The position numbers and the translations under genes were made by a program. A DNA stretch of 64,000 bases from an uncultured virus (IMG/VR IMGVR_UViG_3300031413_000586) (Duplodnaviria > Heunggongvirae > Uroviricota > Caudoviricetes), in IMG/VR virus record IMGVR_UViG_3300031413_000586; one strand, written 5' to 3'. The notes under the pieces were generated by a model. The model did not search any database and was not told the origin of the DNA. It worked only from the letters and a program-made list of their open reading frames with translations. Numbering within the stretch: position 1 is the stretch's first letter; every line of letters starts with the position of its first letter. Of the stretch, positions 51,307 to 61,645 are shown in pieces.

Positions 51307-51957
51307 TTACCCAGTTGTGTTGCAATCATAGCATTTACAGGCGGATTTAGCAACCTTTTCTTCAAGATCTTGTATCCTCTTTAATAGAACATTATATATA
51401 TATTCTGATTCGGCATTAAGACTTGGAAGATAATAGCCATAAATTTTTTCTATATTATAATTTTCATCCAATTTAATGACTTGAACCTTTGATTTCAAAT
51501 CAGTAAGCAGTTCAAGTCCATCAGTTAAACGATAGTCATGAATATAGAAAACTCTTTTTATGCCACTTTGAATGATTCTTTTTGAACATTCGATACATGG
51601 AATATGAGTAACAAAAAGAGACGCATTTTTGATACTTAATGTGCTTTGTTCGGCTTTGGACATACCATTGGCTTCTCCATGAAGGGTAATTGGGTTTGTA
51701 ACGTCCTGACCCGGCAATTCACATGTATTATCAAAACCTGAAGGTGTACCATTATAACCCATTAACATTTCATTGTTTTGTGTGACAATCAGTGATCCTA
51801 CTTTTAATCGGCAACAATAAGACAGTGTACTTATTTGAAGTGCCATTGTCATATAGGTACTTATGAATTTTTGTGAATGATGTTTACCCAGCTTTTCCAT
51901 TTCATTACTTATTTCTTCTTTATTCAAAAGTTCGTTAAATTTTCCAAAGTTTGACAT
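51307..51957 (-). CDS. dCMP deaminase
   Basis: KVG, GYNGTPSG, HGEAN, PCIEC. Confidence 0.88.
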   Translation of the reverse strand: MSNFGKFNELLNKEEISNEMEKLGKHHSQKFISTYMTMALQISTLSYCCRLKVGSLIVTQNNEMLMGYNGTPSGFDNTCELPGQDVTNPITLHGEANGMSKAEQSTLSIKNASLFVTHIPCIECSKRIIQSGIKRVFYIHDYRLTDGLELLTDLKSKVQVIKLDENYNIEKIYGYYLPSLNAESEYIYNVLLKRIQDLEEKVAKSACKCYDCNTTG

Positions 51958-52089
51958 ATTAGATTCCTCTATAAAATATACTTTAAAAATCTTATCACTA
52001 GATAAAGATAAATCAATATTATAGTTTATTTTTTGACTTTTAATTTTTAAATGCTAATTTATGGTTATTGTATTTAATAAGGAGTTTTA

Positions 52090-52836
52090 ATGAACAAGCC
52101 ATACAAAAACATATCTGACACAAACACAGCATTCGGCAACGCCTTTGGCAGTTGTATACGTGGAGGAATTATTACTAACTATGAAAAGCTACAAAATCAA
52201 TCAGCTAATCTATATGATGAGCTTGATGAATTAAGAGATGATGGTTTTGAATTATTGAAAAAAGATAAATTTAGCAAACAAGGTCGTCAAGGCATGGTTG
52301 ATGCTATTGCTGATTTATTGGTTTTTCTCTATGGTGTTCCACATTTTCTTGGTGTAAATTATGTTGAAAAAACTGCAAACACAATCATGATTGAAGGTTT
52401 TGGAGATTTACCAGCAGATGAGTTCTATACAACTATTTATGATGACATCAAAACATTGATTGATAATTTGATGACAGATATAAAAAATCACAGTGATGAA
52501 AAAGTTATTTTGAAACATGTTGAAGAACTTGATGTGTATTTGATGTCTCTTTGTGGTTTCTATAAAACTGATGTTGATTTATTAATTCAGAAAGTGACTG
52601 ATAGTAATATGAGTAAGTTGTGTTTGGATCAAGTAGATACAGAAGCGACTTTGAATTTTTATAGAGATAAAGGGGTGGATGTTTATTCAAAAGAGTCTCC
52701 ATTATTTCAAGAAAATGGATCGCCTTATTATGTCGTTTACTCTTCTAAAGAACAAGAAGTACAAGGCAAGGTGTACAGGGCACATAAATTTTTGAAGTGT
52801 GTAAACTGGTTTGAACCTGACTTGTCAGATATTTGA
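52090..52836 (+). CDS. MazG-like / all-alpha NTP pyrophosphohydrolase
   Basis: DELDEL, DAIADLLVFLYG, SNMSK, K.LK....EP. Confidence 0.8.
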   Translation: MNKPYKNISDTNTAFGNAFGSCIRGGIITNYEKLQNQSANLYDELDELRDDGFELLKKDKFSKQGRQGMVDAIADLLVFLYGVPHFLGVNYVEKTANTIMIEGFGDLPADEFYTTIYDDIKTLIDNLMTDIKNHSDEKVILKHVEELDVYLMSLCGFYKTDVDLLIQKVTDSNMSKLCLDQVDTEATLNFYRDKGVDVYSKESPLFQENGSPYYVVYSSKEQEVQGKVYRAHKFLKCVNWFEPDLSDI

Positions 52837-52901
52837 TTGCAAATTAGTATGAGTTTATGGACGATTTAAGGATCGTCCATTTTTTTTATTATGTTTTATA
52901 T

Positions 52902-53465
52902 TTAGATCCGAATCATCTCAAATACGACTAGTTCTTCTGGTGTATATTTATTCAGCGGTTTCGTTAATAAACCATGAAAAACATGCCAATAGAAATCATC
53001 ATAAATTTTTTCAACTACAACTTCAATTTTTGATAATGATTTAGGAGGTAGCTCAATGTAAAATAATGCGGTTGTCGATCTTAATTTGATATTGGGTATT
53101 GCATACAATATTTCTGAACGCTTGTTATAGTAGAAAAATGGATCTTCAATAGTAACCTCAATATATTTTATTTTATTTATTTCTATTTTATATTTATTCA
53201 AAAATTCAATGTTATTATTGTAAGCTTTGAGTATTTTGTCATACATATCCTTATTGGCTGCATTAAATAATTTTTCATAATATGTTGGGAAGCTATCTTT
53301 TTGCATATACATTATATTACCATCATAAATCGTTGAAAATTTAAAAAATTTTTGATGTATATTATTGTAAAATTTTAATACCAATTCTTTTTTATTGGAG
53401 TGCTCAATTTTCAATTGAGTTTCATCTTGTTCAATTAGCAGTAATACTTTATCTTGTAACAGCAT
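52902..53465 (-). CDS. hypothetical protein, Met(-4) group
   Basis: GGGAG RBS; ends VVFEMIRI. Confidence 0.7.
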   Translation of the reverse strand: MLLQDKVLLLIEQDETQLKIEHSNKKELVLKFYNNIHQKFFKFSTIYDGNIMYMQKDSFPTYYEKLFNAANKDMYDKILKAYNNNIEFLNKYKIEINKIKYIEVTIEDPFFYYNKRSEILYAIPNIKLRSTTALFYIELPPKSLSKIEVVVEKIYDDFYWHVFHGLLTKPLNKYTPEELVVFEMIRI

Positions 53466-53707
53466 TTTGGTCTCCCATTCTTTTGCATAATTATAGTGTG
53501 TTTTTTATTTTTTATCAACTTTTTATTGACAATACTCTAATTGATATCTATAATTTTGAAATGCTGTGTTGAAAGCGTGCTAAATAGGCTAGATGGCAAA
53601 ACCAATCAGGTATCAATGTAAACACAAAAACTCAACTTAATTTATATCTTTGAAATAAGTTGGCTCCTATTTGTCGAATTATCTATTATTTTAAGGAGAC
53701 TAAATAT

Positions 53708-54556
53708 ATGTCAAATATTATCATTAATGCAGAAAATTTAAAACGTTTTGCAAAGAGACTACAAAAACAATCAACTGAATTAGGACTTGACCTGAGTTTA
53801 TCTCAATCACAGGAATTGCTGGCCAAAGTATTGGGGGCTAATAATTTTTTTGAAATTCATCAACTATTGACAGTTCCTGATAAAAACGTAGAAGATCTAT
53901 TTCTTGATGAATTGAATAGTATTTTAAATCAAAAGCCAAGTAGTATTCGAAAATCATTCATGGAAATAGATTATGGCAATTTTGTTATCAATTTCATGGG
54001 AAATCAAGAAGAATCATATGGGGTATATTTTGGAGCAACACATGAACACGTAGAAAAAGGCTTGAGGGGTGTTGGAATATCTAAACAAGAATCCTTTCAA
54101 ATTGTACAATTATTTGAAAAATATGTCTCTCACGAAAAATATGAAGGATTGTTGTTGGGATCTAAAATCTATAAAAAAATAAAAAAAGACCAAAAGAATG
54201 TCGTTTATTTTAAAAATATACTTTCAGCACATGAAATCTGTATTGATAATGTTTATTATAAAGAACGTTATACTATTATAAAGCAAGAAAATTTTGATAA
54301 ATTGATAACAAAAAAACATTCTAGTGGTCTTTATTATGATATAGGTCTAGGTAATTATGCTGGTTTTGAAGATTTTGATATTGTTGATGAAAAATTAAGC
54401 CTTTGGCAAAAAACACAAATAAATCAACCAAGCAAAATTATTTTAAAATATTATGTAGAGTCTCACTTTACGGATATACCTAGATGTTTAGCTATTGAAT
54501 GGTGGCAAGTTAATCAAGATGGCTTAATTGTTCACAAAAAGTCATCTGATGGTTAA
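53708..54556 (+). CDS. protein with N-terminal Glyoxalase_8-like domain
   Basis: LKRFAKRLQK...LSLSQSQELLAKVLGANNF; AAGGAG RBS; long 5' leader. Confidence 0.7.
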   Translation: MSNIIINAENLKRFAKRLQKQSTELGLDLSLSQSQELLAKVLGANNFFEIHQLLTVPDKNVEDLFLDELNSILNQKPSSIRKSFMEIDYGNFVINFMGNQEESYGVYFGATHEHVEKGLRGVGISKQESFQIVQLFEKYVSHEKYEGLLLGSKIYKKIKKDQKNVVYFKNILSAHEICIDNVYYKERYTIIKQENFDKLITKKHSSGLYYDIGLGNYAGFEDFDIVDEKLSLWQKTQINQPSKIILKYYVESHFTDIPRCLAIEWWQVNQDGLIVHKKSSDG

Positions 54557-54695
54557 TAATAGTATACAGTCTACAGGTTGTGTTTTTATTTAATGTTGTT
54601 ATATAACATGATCCAAAATTAAGAGTGTTATGTAAAACTTGACGCATTGTTAATCTAAACAGAAAAGAGCATTTTGTAATGCTCTTTTTTTTCAC

Positions 54696-54752
54696 CCTTT
54701 GAAATCAATTAGAGACAGGGAAAACTTGTCCTTCAGAGCGGAGTAGTTCACA
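54696..54752. repeat. 57-nt dispersed repeat, copy 2; possible IS200/IS605-type end remnant
   Basis: Matches 11729..11785; ends gtccttcagagcggagtagttcaca. Confidence 0.6.
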
Positions 54753-54918
54753 TCTCACTTCTTAATCGTGACTTATCAAACTTATGTTTGCCTTCACCAT
54801 TTTTCATTTTACGTTTTTTATCTTCAACGATTTGTAGTCCACAATTGCCATTTTCGTGCATATATTTTGCTACAAAGTTTCTAATATCTTCGGAATGTTG
54901 ATTTTTATCCTTTTTCAT
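54748..54918 (-). CDS. small basic protein (56 aa), ArfA-like, absent from the ORF track
   Basis: AAGGA RBS; MKKDKNQHSEDIRNFVAKYMHENGNCGLQIVEDKKRKMKNGEGKHKFDKSRLRSEM. Confidence 0.6.
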   Translation of the reverse strand: MKKDKNQHSEDIRNFVAKYMHENGNCGLQIVEDKKRKMKNGEGKHKFDKSRLRSEM

Positions 54919-55345
54919 AATAGTATCCTTAATTTTATTTATACTCTAATTATATCATTAATTAAATATTTATTCAATCGCAATATTTCATATTGATCAC
55001 CTACCAAAAAAATATATATTTTAATCATTATTTTCATTTTTAGTTCATCTATGCGATTAAAATGATATATATTAGGAAGATATTACATTACTATTTACAC
55101 CATCAGATTTTGAAAAATTAATAAATGAAAGTTTTTTCAGTTGGAAATAAGCAGTGCTTTTGATAGAAATCTTATTGTTTGAATGTAGAATGGTCAAAAA
55201 AATAATAGTATTTGTTGGAAATCTATTTGTGTATGAAACCACTTAACTGTGGTTTTTTACGATCTGTTTAAATTTATGAGTTATAATATCTTTACAAATA
55301 ACTCAAAATAATGTATCATCATCAATTAAATATTAGGAGGCTATT

Positions 55346-55786
55346 ATGTCGTTAAAAGAAGATATTACGAAAGCAAGAATTAAAGCTCTTAAGGAGCAAG
55401 ATACTGTTACAAAAACATCGGTAGGTTACATTTTATCAGCTATCAAACAATTTGAAGTTGATAGAAAAAAAGAAGTGACTGATGCGGATGTAATCTCTAT
55501 TGTTAAGACGCTGGTTCGTCAACGTAAAGATGCTATTGAAGAATATTCTACAATTCAAGAACTTGTGGATAGAGACTCTGCAGAAATTGCTGTTCTTGTT
55601 CAATACTTGCCTGTTCAGTTGAGTGATGAAGATGTAATTGTCATTATTCGCAATGGTATCAATGAAGCAAAAAGTGAAAAGGTAAATATAGGGTTTGGTG
55701 ATGTCATGAAAATTGTCAAGAATCAGTTAAATGGCAAAACAGATATGAGTAAGTTGAAAGCTATCATAGAAAAAGAACTTGGTTAA
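55346..55786 (+). CDS. GatB/YqeY domain protein
   Basis: SLKE.I......ALK, LSAIKQFEVD, +RQRKDAIEEY, EI.VL..YLP.QLS. Confidence 0.9.
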   Translation: MSLKEDITKARIKALKEQDTVTKTSVGYILSAIKQFEVDRKKEVTDADVISIVKTLVRQRKDAIEEYSTIQELVDRDSAEIAVLVQYLPVQLSDEDVIVIIRNGINEAKSEKVNIGFGDVMKIVKNQLNGKTDMSKLKAIIEKELG

Positions 55787-55805
55787 TCCAAGTTTTTTTT
55801 TGTCC

Positions 55806-56240
55806 TTAATAATACACTCCATTAAAACCTAGATGACAAGTCGCTGTTTTATTTTTTTCCAAATAATCTTGCTCACTTTCTTTTGCTTTGATATATTGGT
55901 CAATTAATAATATCTTTGTTTTTGATTCACCCAATTTTCCAGACAACTTTATCTTTTGATTGTATCGATTGAGAGCATGTAAAAGTATAGGATAGTGATC
56001 TTTTTTTTCATAAAAGATAACACTGCTATACTTCACGGGTCTATCGATGATAAATGACTGGTTCTCAAAGAAGAAGGCTAAAATTGATTCAAGATCGTTA
56101 AAGGAAGAGTATTCAGTGGATAGTATTTCTATACCTTCATGACTGTATCCAACTTCATGTTTAAAAGTTTTAAAGGTCTTTTTGAATAAATATTGAGTAC
56201 TCCAAAAACATCCCATGCCAATATATATTTTGTACATCAT
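55806..56240 (-). CDS. MsrA-like methionine sulfoxide reductase (short, divergent)
   Basis: GMGCFW, VGY, E, Y.SVIF, A...QDYL.KN....CH. Confidence 0.75.
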   Translation of the reverse strand: MMYKIYIGMGCFWSTQYLFKKTFKTFKHEVGYSHEGIEILSTEYSSFNDLESILAFFFENQSFIIDRPVKYSSVIFYEKKDHYPILLHALNRYNQKIKLSGKLGESKTKILLIDQYIKAKESEQDYLEKNKTATCHLGFNGVYY

Positions 56241-56362
56241 ACGTCTCAACGTTTCTTGGTATTATTATAGCGTGATTTATTTTTTTTTCAAATAAAACAG
56301 AATATAGACTTTTTAAAGGCAAAAAAAAAGAGCAACTAGGCTCTTTTTTTTATTCTACACTA

Positions 56363-58636
56363 TTACACTTCTGCTTTTGCTTTTGAACGGCTACGAGTCT
56401 TTTTAAGCACACTGCAACCAATTTCAAATTCAATTTTACCATCCTTGAGGACAGCTTTTACTACAGAATTTTCAGGAAGCTCAGTAAATGTTACCAACTT
56501 AGCTAACGGAAGTGCGATCATTTCTTTCACTACACGAGCGACTGGACGGGCACCCATTGCTGGCTCATAACCCTTAGCAGCCAATTCATCCAAGACTGCA
56601 GTTTCAATTTCAAGTGTAAAGCCTTTCTTGCTAACTTCGGCATAAATTGGAGCAAGATTCTTGTTAACGATGTTCAAGATCATTTCTTTATCAATTGCTT
56701 TAAATTCTACCATGCCATCGAGACGGTTGCGGAATTCTGGAGAAAAGAACTTATTGACCTGATCCCAGTTGACTAGACTTGAAACAGTTTCCTTATCTCG
56801 AATGAATCCAATGCCATTTTTCTCTTGTGAAGATAATTTGATACCAGCGTTTGAAGTCATGATAATAACGGTGTTTCTAAAATCAACCTTACGACCTTCT
56901 GAGTCAGTCAAGAAACCATAGTCCAATACTTGTAAAAATGTATTGAATACTTCTGGACTGGCTTTTTCAAATTCATCAAGCAACAATACAGAATAAGGGT
57001 TTTTATTGACCTGTTCAGTCAGTAAACCACCTTTGCCATGACCTACATAACCAGCCGGAGAACCAATCAGTTTGGAAACAGTATGAGATTCCATATACTC
57101 TGACATGTCAAAGCGAAGCAAGCTCATGTTCATTTCTTTTGCCAACTGTTTAGCTAATTCAGTTTTACCAACACCGGTTGGGCCAATAAACAAATAGGAA
57201 CCAATCGGTTTGTCAGGATTGCCAAATCCACTTTTATTTAATACAATGGCGTCTACAATCTTGGTCACTGCTGAATCTTGACCAAAGATGGCCGTTTTAA
57301 TATTGGATTCAAGATTTTTCAATTGATCACTGACCAATCCCTGAGTTTCTTTGACAGGTTGTTTCGCCATTTTTGAAATAACATCTTCTACAAGACTTAC
57401 AGTGACTACTTTATCTTCTAGACGAAGCTTCGCAAAAGCACCTGATTCATCAAGTACGTCAATTGCTTTATCAGGAAATTTCTTATTGTGCAAGAAGCGA
57501 GAGCACAGATTAACAATACTTTTGATAGCTGCTTCTTCATACACAACACCATGACCTTTTTCATAGCGACTCTTGATTTGTTTCAGCACATGCAATGTTG
57601 CTTCTGGTGACAATTCTTCAAGATCCACTTTATTGAAGCGACGTGACAATGCACTGTTCTTTTCAAAGATTTGACGATATTCCTCAGTAGTTGTTGCACC
57701 AATGCAACGAATTTTACCAGAAGAAAGATAAGGTTTAAGGGTATTGCCAATATCCATACCACCTTCTGACTTTCCTGAACTGATAATGCTGTGAATTTCG
57801 TCAATGAACAGAATGGTATTAGTATTTGAAACGGCTTCAATAATCTTTTTGACACGTTCTTCCAATTCACCACGGAATTTAGTACCAGCAATCATACCGT
57901 TGACATCCAGAGAAAGAACTTTGAAATTTTTCAATGAATCATGTACATTCCCACTTGCAATTTTTTGAGCAAGCCCTTCTACAACTGCTGTTTTACCCAC
58001 ACCCGCATCACCAACGATAATAGGGTTATTTTTCTTTTGGCGGGCCAGAATTTCTTCAATACGGTCAACTTCCGAAACACGACCAATCATGGGTTCAAGC
58101 TTACCTTTTGCAGCAAGTTCTGTAAGGTCGGTCACAAAATTGCGAATAAGTTGAGTGACATTAGAATTGCTGCTAACACGTTCATCATCAGCAACCATTT
58201 TTGAACGTTGATTGTCAAACTCAATCATATCTTCAAGTTTGATGTTACTTTTATTGAGTGCTTCTTGTGCTGGGAGATGTGAAGTTTCCAGAATTGTAAT
58301 CAACATATCAATCTCATCAAACTCTGTACGATTGATATCAAGCGTCTTCATGATGGTTCGCTGAATGATTTTTTCGAGTGCAGTAGTATGTCTAATATCC
58401 TTAGTAGCTACTTTTGGTTTATGAATCTCTACAATTTCTTTCAAATTCTTTTTTAAGTCAAGAACATTGACTTTGTTATTGACCAATAAGGCTTTAAAGT
58501 TATCGCTAAAATCGATCATTTTAAGCAATAGATATTCAGGAGATAGCAAACCATTACTTTCCTGAAAAATAGGGGTTCGAATCGCTTCAAAAATCTCGAT
58601 TAGACTTGCAGACATTTTGGCTTTAGCATCACTCAT
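56363..58636 (-). CDS. clpA: ClpA-like ATP-dependent Clp protease ATP-binding subunit
   Basis: Two AAA+ domains (GDAGVGKT, FIDEIH; GPTGVGKT, LLDEFEKA), no M-domain, IGF loop. Confidence 0.92.
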   Translation of the reverse strand: MSDAKAKMSASLIEIFEAIRTPIFQESNGLLSPEYLLLKMIDFSDNFKALLVNNKVNVLDLKKNLKEIVEIHKPKVATKDIRHTTALEKIIQRTIMKTLDINRTEFDEIDMLITILETSHLPAQEALNKSNIKLEDMIEFDNQRSKMVADDERVSSNSNVTQLIRNFVTDLTELAAKGKLEPMIGRVSEVDRIEEILARQKKNNPIIVGDAGVGKTAVVEGLAQKIASGNVHDSLKNFKVLSLDVNGMIAGTKFRGELEERVKKIIEAVSNTNTILFIDEIHSIISSGKSEGGMDIGNTLKPYLSSGKIRCIGATTTEEYRQIFEKNSALSRRFNKVDLEELSPEATLHVLKQIKSRYEKGHGVVYEEAAIKSIVNLCSRFLHNKKFPDKAIDVLDESGAFAKLRLEDKVVTVSLVEDVISKMAKQPVKETQGLVSDQLKNLESNIKTAIFGQDSAVTKIVDAIVLNKSGFGNPDKPIGSYLFIGPTGVGKTELAKQLAKEMNMSLLRFDMSEYMESHTVSKLIGSPAGYVGHGKGGLLTEQVNKNPYSVLLLDEFEKASPEVFNTFLQVLDYGFLTDSEGRKVDFRNTVIIMTSNAGIKLSSQEKNGIGFIRDKETVSSLVNWDQVNKFFSPEFRNRLDGMVEFKAIDKEMILNIVNKNLAPIYAEVSKKGFTLEIETAVLDELAAKGYEPAMGARPVARVVKEMIALPLAKLVTFTELPENSVVKAVLKDGKIEFEIGCSVLKKTRSRSKAKAEV

Positions 58637-58883
58637 AGAATCTCCTTATGTTTTCAATTCTTTCGATTATTATAAGGCAAGAAAATACTTAAAGTCAACA
58701 TCTTTTTTAAATCATTTCTGCAACCTCTTATGCTATATATAGAGAAACAAAAGCTTTTTTATTTTGGGCCACTCAATTCTTGCTGATGCAAAAGCAATAA
58801 TAAAAATATAGCATTAAAGTATTGTCAGATGAAAATAGTTGTGCTATAATCATCGCACATAAGAAAACTAGGAGTTAGAAATT

Positions 58884-59258
58884 ATGAGTAAGTTAAATCG
58901 TCTTAACACTGTCGAAAATGAAGAAGTCGTAAATGAAGAAGTAATTGAAGTCAACGAATTGGATCGTGGACCCACTCGCAAACAATTAGCAAAAATTGAA
59001 ATGGATTTTTCTGATGTTCTTTTGGAAGAAAAAGAATCTATTGAAGATTGTGAAGAACTTGAAGAACAAGACAAGATGCTGTTGACTCGTATCAGCAAAT
59101 ATATTGATAATGTTCGTTTAGGTAACAAAATGACATCTTCGGAGTATGTTGTTCGTCGTCGTGGTGACGATGAAGAAGAAGTTAAAGAGCTTGATTGTGA
59201 TTTTGATTCAAATGCTGGTTCCCATTTGTCCCGTCTTGATAGAATGTTTGACGATTGA
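58884..59258 (+). CDS. very acidic hypothetical protein
   Basis: AGGAG RBS, strong D/E enrichment, followed by a terminator. Confidence 0.75.
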   Translation: MSKLNRLNTVENEEVVNEEVIEVNELDRGPTRKQLAKIEMDFSDVLLEEKESIEDCEELEEQDKMLLTRISKYIDNVRLGNKMTSSEYVVRRRGDDEEEVKELDCDFDSNAGSHLSRLDRMFDD

Positions 59259-59350
59259 TTCTACTTGTTAGGACTATAAGAGGCTTTCAAGCCTCTTTTT
59301 TTTTGTCTAAAATATGGTAGCATTGATAATTAAGGAGACTTGATATAAAC

Positions 59351-59560
59351 ATGCAAACTATTTACATTGAAACAACCTATCATAATCAAAAAAAATATAT
59401 ACAATTTCTTGAAACTATTTCCAAATATTATCCAGCGTCTGGTTTAGAATATACGTATGAATACAGTACTGATTTATCTTTGAATTTTGAAATTGTCTTT
59501 AAAGGTTTTGAACCTCACATAATCAATCAAATAGTAAAAAAAATGTATGTTTTAAATTGA
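59351..59560 (+). CDS. hypothetical protein
   Basis: AAGGAG upstream, 69 aa. Confidence 0.55.
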   Translation: MQTIYIETTYHNQKKYIQFLETISKYYPASGLEYTYEYSTDLSLNFEIVFKGFEPHIINQIVKKMYVLN

Positions 59561-59611
59561 CTTTCCGTCTTTATAACCTATATTGATAAGATATATTTCG
59601 GGAGAATTTTT

Positions 59612-60673
59612 ATGAAAAAGGCAATCTTGGCACTTGCGATATTTAGTGCCATATCGATAAATGCACAAGGGGCTGTATCAGAAGAAGACTTGATGGATAT
59701 TAATGCCATACTTGGAGAGAAGCCTTCTGCTCCCTCAAAAGAACAACCTAAAACGACTCCTAAAAAGGAAGTAGTGGATCAGAAAACTAAAAAAACATCT
59801 GTTGATAAAACAAATTCAGAGCAAACAAAAAATCCTACTACAGATTCAAATAAAGAGCAACCAACTCCAGTTTTGAGTGGGTCACCTTCAAAAAGTGATA
59901 CACCTGTTGTTTCTAAAACTTTGCCTACAGTCGTAGTGCCTGTTTCAGGAAGTGATTTTATTGTTAAAGTTGATAGATATCAGAAGAAAATATTCAAAAA
60001 GGCATTGTCCAGTGATGAATTAAAATTGTCAATTCTTGGTAATGTTCCATCTGATCACAAAGATGATAAAGAAATTGTAGAATTTGTTGACACTGTTAAA
60101 TCAAATAAAGTAGCTGCTCTTTCAAATATGAGTATTGAACCCAGTGTATATCTAGGTCCAGATGTTAATATCAAAAAAGGAAAAATTGAGAAGAAAGAGA
60201 AATTAGGTGATTTGAAATATGGTTATAGCTATATCATACAAATTCAGGAATTTGATAAAAAAAATAATCGTGTGTCATTAAGATTTGATCATACAGTCGC
60301 TGATATTGATACGTATACTGAGTCAGAAGGCGTCGGTGCAGATGGTGTACTACAACGTTTCAAAGTGCCAGTTATAAAAACATCAAATACTTCAAAAATT
60401 TTCTGGTTAACTCTTGAAAATGGCAAGTCAACAACTCTTAAGATAGATGATATCAATTATGTGGATATCAGTATTGGTCGTGTTATGCCATTTGTACATC
60501 CTGTGGTTGTTGTGGATTTGAAAAAGATAGAAGCCGATAAAATTGCAGAAGAAGCTGCCAAAAAGAAAGCAATAGAAGATCAGAAAATAAAAGCGGCCAA
60601 AGATGAAATGGAATTATATGATTCTTTGGAAAATCAGTTGAAAGGTAAAAAAGTTGAAGAGAATAAGCCATAA
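59612..60673 (+). CDS. exported hypothetical protein
   Basis: Signal peptide MKKAILALAIFSAISINAQG, then a low-complexity K/T/P/S linker. Confidence 0.8.
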   Translation: MKKAILALAIFSAISINAQGAVSEEDLMDINAILGEKPSAPSKEQPKTTPKKEVVDQKTKKTSVDKTNSEQTKNPTTDSNKEQPTPVLSGSPSKSDTPVVSKTLPTVVVPVSGSDFIVKVDRYQKKIFKKALSSDELKLSILGNVPSDHKDDKEIVEFVDTVKSNKVAALSNMSIEPSVYLGPDVNIKKGKIEKKEKLGDLKYGYSYIIQIQEFDKKNNRVSLRFDHTVADIDTYTESEGVGADGVLQRFKVPVIKTSNTSKIFWLTLENGKSTTLKIDDINYVDISIGRVMPFVHPVVVVDLKKIEADKIAEEAAKKKAIEDQKIKAAKDEMELYDSLENQLKGKKVEENKP

Positions 60674-60829
60674 GGCTTATTTTTTTTAACCTGTCTTTCA
60701 TGTGTGCTCATAGTTTCATTGATACTTTAGTCTATAAATCTATACTTAACATAAAATTATTCATATTGACAAAAACATAACAAAAGATAATGGTTATATT
60801 TTGAGAGATCTCTTGAATTAAGATTGAAT

Positions 60830-61519
60830 TCAATAAGAAAGCATTAATTGTAAGTTGATACCACTTGCTTTCATATCAGGAGCTTTGTCGATAGTATCAG
60901 TATTAAAATAATTTTTGGATATTGAGTAAGAGGTTATCAGACTAAGATTATCGACACTTTTGATGTTTCTTTTATAATAAAGACCAGACTCAGAGATGGT
61001 GTTATTATTAAAATGAGAACCTTTTGTATAAATACCCACTGATTCATTCTTTTCATTCAATGGATAAAACAAGTCAAAATAACTAAGTGGTATTGTATCA
61101 TTCAATGATTGATTATAATCGTTATTTGATGAAAATTCTATATCACCAATATATTGTCTAAGACCACCGCCAAGGTTTGCACCTATTTTATAATTTGAGT
61201 TCAAGGTATAATAACTGATTACATCAGCATATTGTAGTGATGCAATACTAGAGCCTTGTTGTGATGTATAAGCATTGTTAGTGTATTCTAATTTTAAATT
61301 TGGAACACCTATAAGACCAATATGAGATTTAAAGTCTAAATAGAAAGATTGAGCCATAAGGTTTAGATTGGATACTGCATTTGATTTTATACTGCTAACA
61401 CTTGAAACCGATCCGGCATCTATATCATCATAAATAACTTCATTATTATCATTTGCAAAAGTGTATCCACTTAATGATATTGATATTAAAGATAGGATAC
61501 ATATTTTTTTAATAACCAT
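60830..61519 (-). CDS. putative outer-membrane beta-barrel protein
   Basis: Signal peptide, alternating beta strands (PNLKLEYT, DVISYY, LGGGLRQY, IPLSY), C-terminal aromatic GINLQLMLSY. Confidence 0.65.
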   Translation of the reverse strand: MVIKKICILSLISISLSGYTFANDNNEVIYDDIDAGSVSSVSSIKSNAVSNLNLMAQSFYLDFKSHIGLIGVPNLKLEYTNNAYTSQQGSSIASLQYADVISYYTLNSNYKIGANLGGGLRQYIGDIEFSSNNDYNQSLNDTIPLSYFDLFYPLNEKNESVGIYTKGSHFNNNTISESGLYYKRNIKSVDNLSLITSYSISKNYFNTDTIDKAPDMKASGINLQLMLSY

Positions 61520-61645
61520 TGTTTTGTCTTTTGTCGATTCTATAATATTAATATAAAAATACAAAAAAGCAATATAATTTTAAATTTATATTTTTAAACT
61601 ATATGTATTTTTTTCATATTTAATTCTATATTGTTAATCTAACTA

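Noticed and set aside
51307..51957. TadA for editing tRNA-Leu(AAG)
   Set aside because: GYNGTPSG and the overall pattern fit dCMP deaminase
53571..53615. c-di-GMP-I riboswitch (GGCAAAACC)
   Set aside because: The second stem and tetraloop-receptor elements are not recognisable
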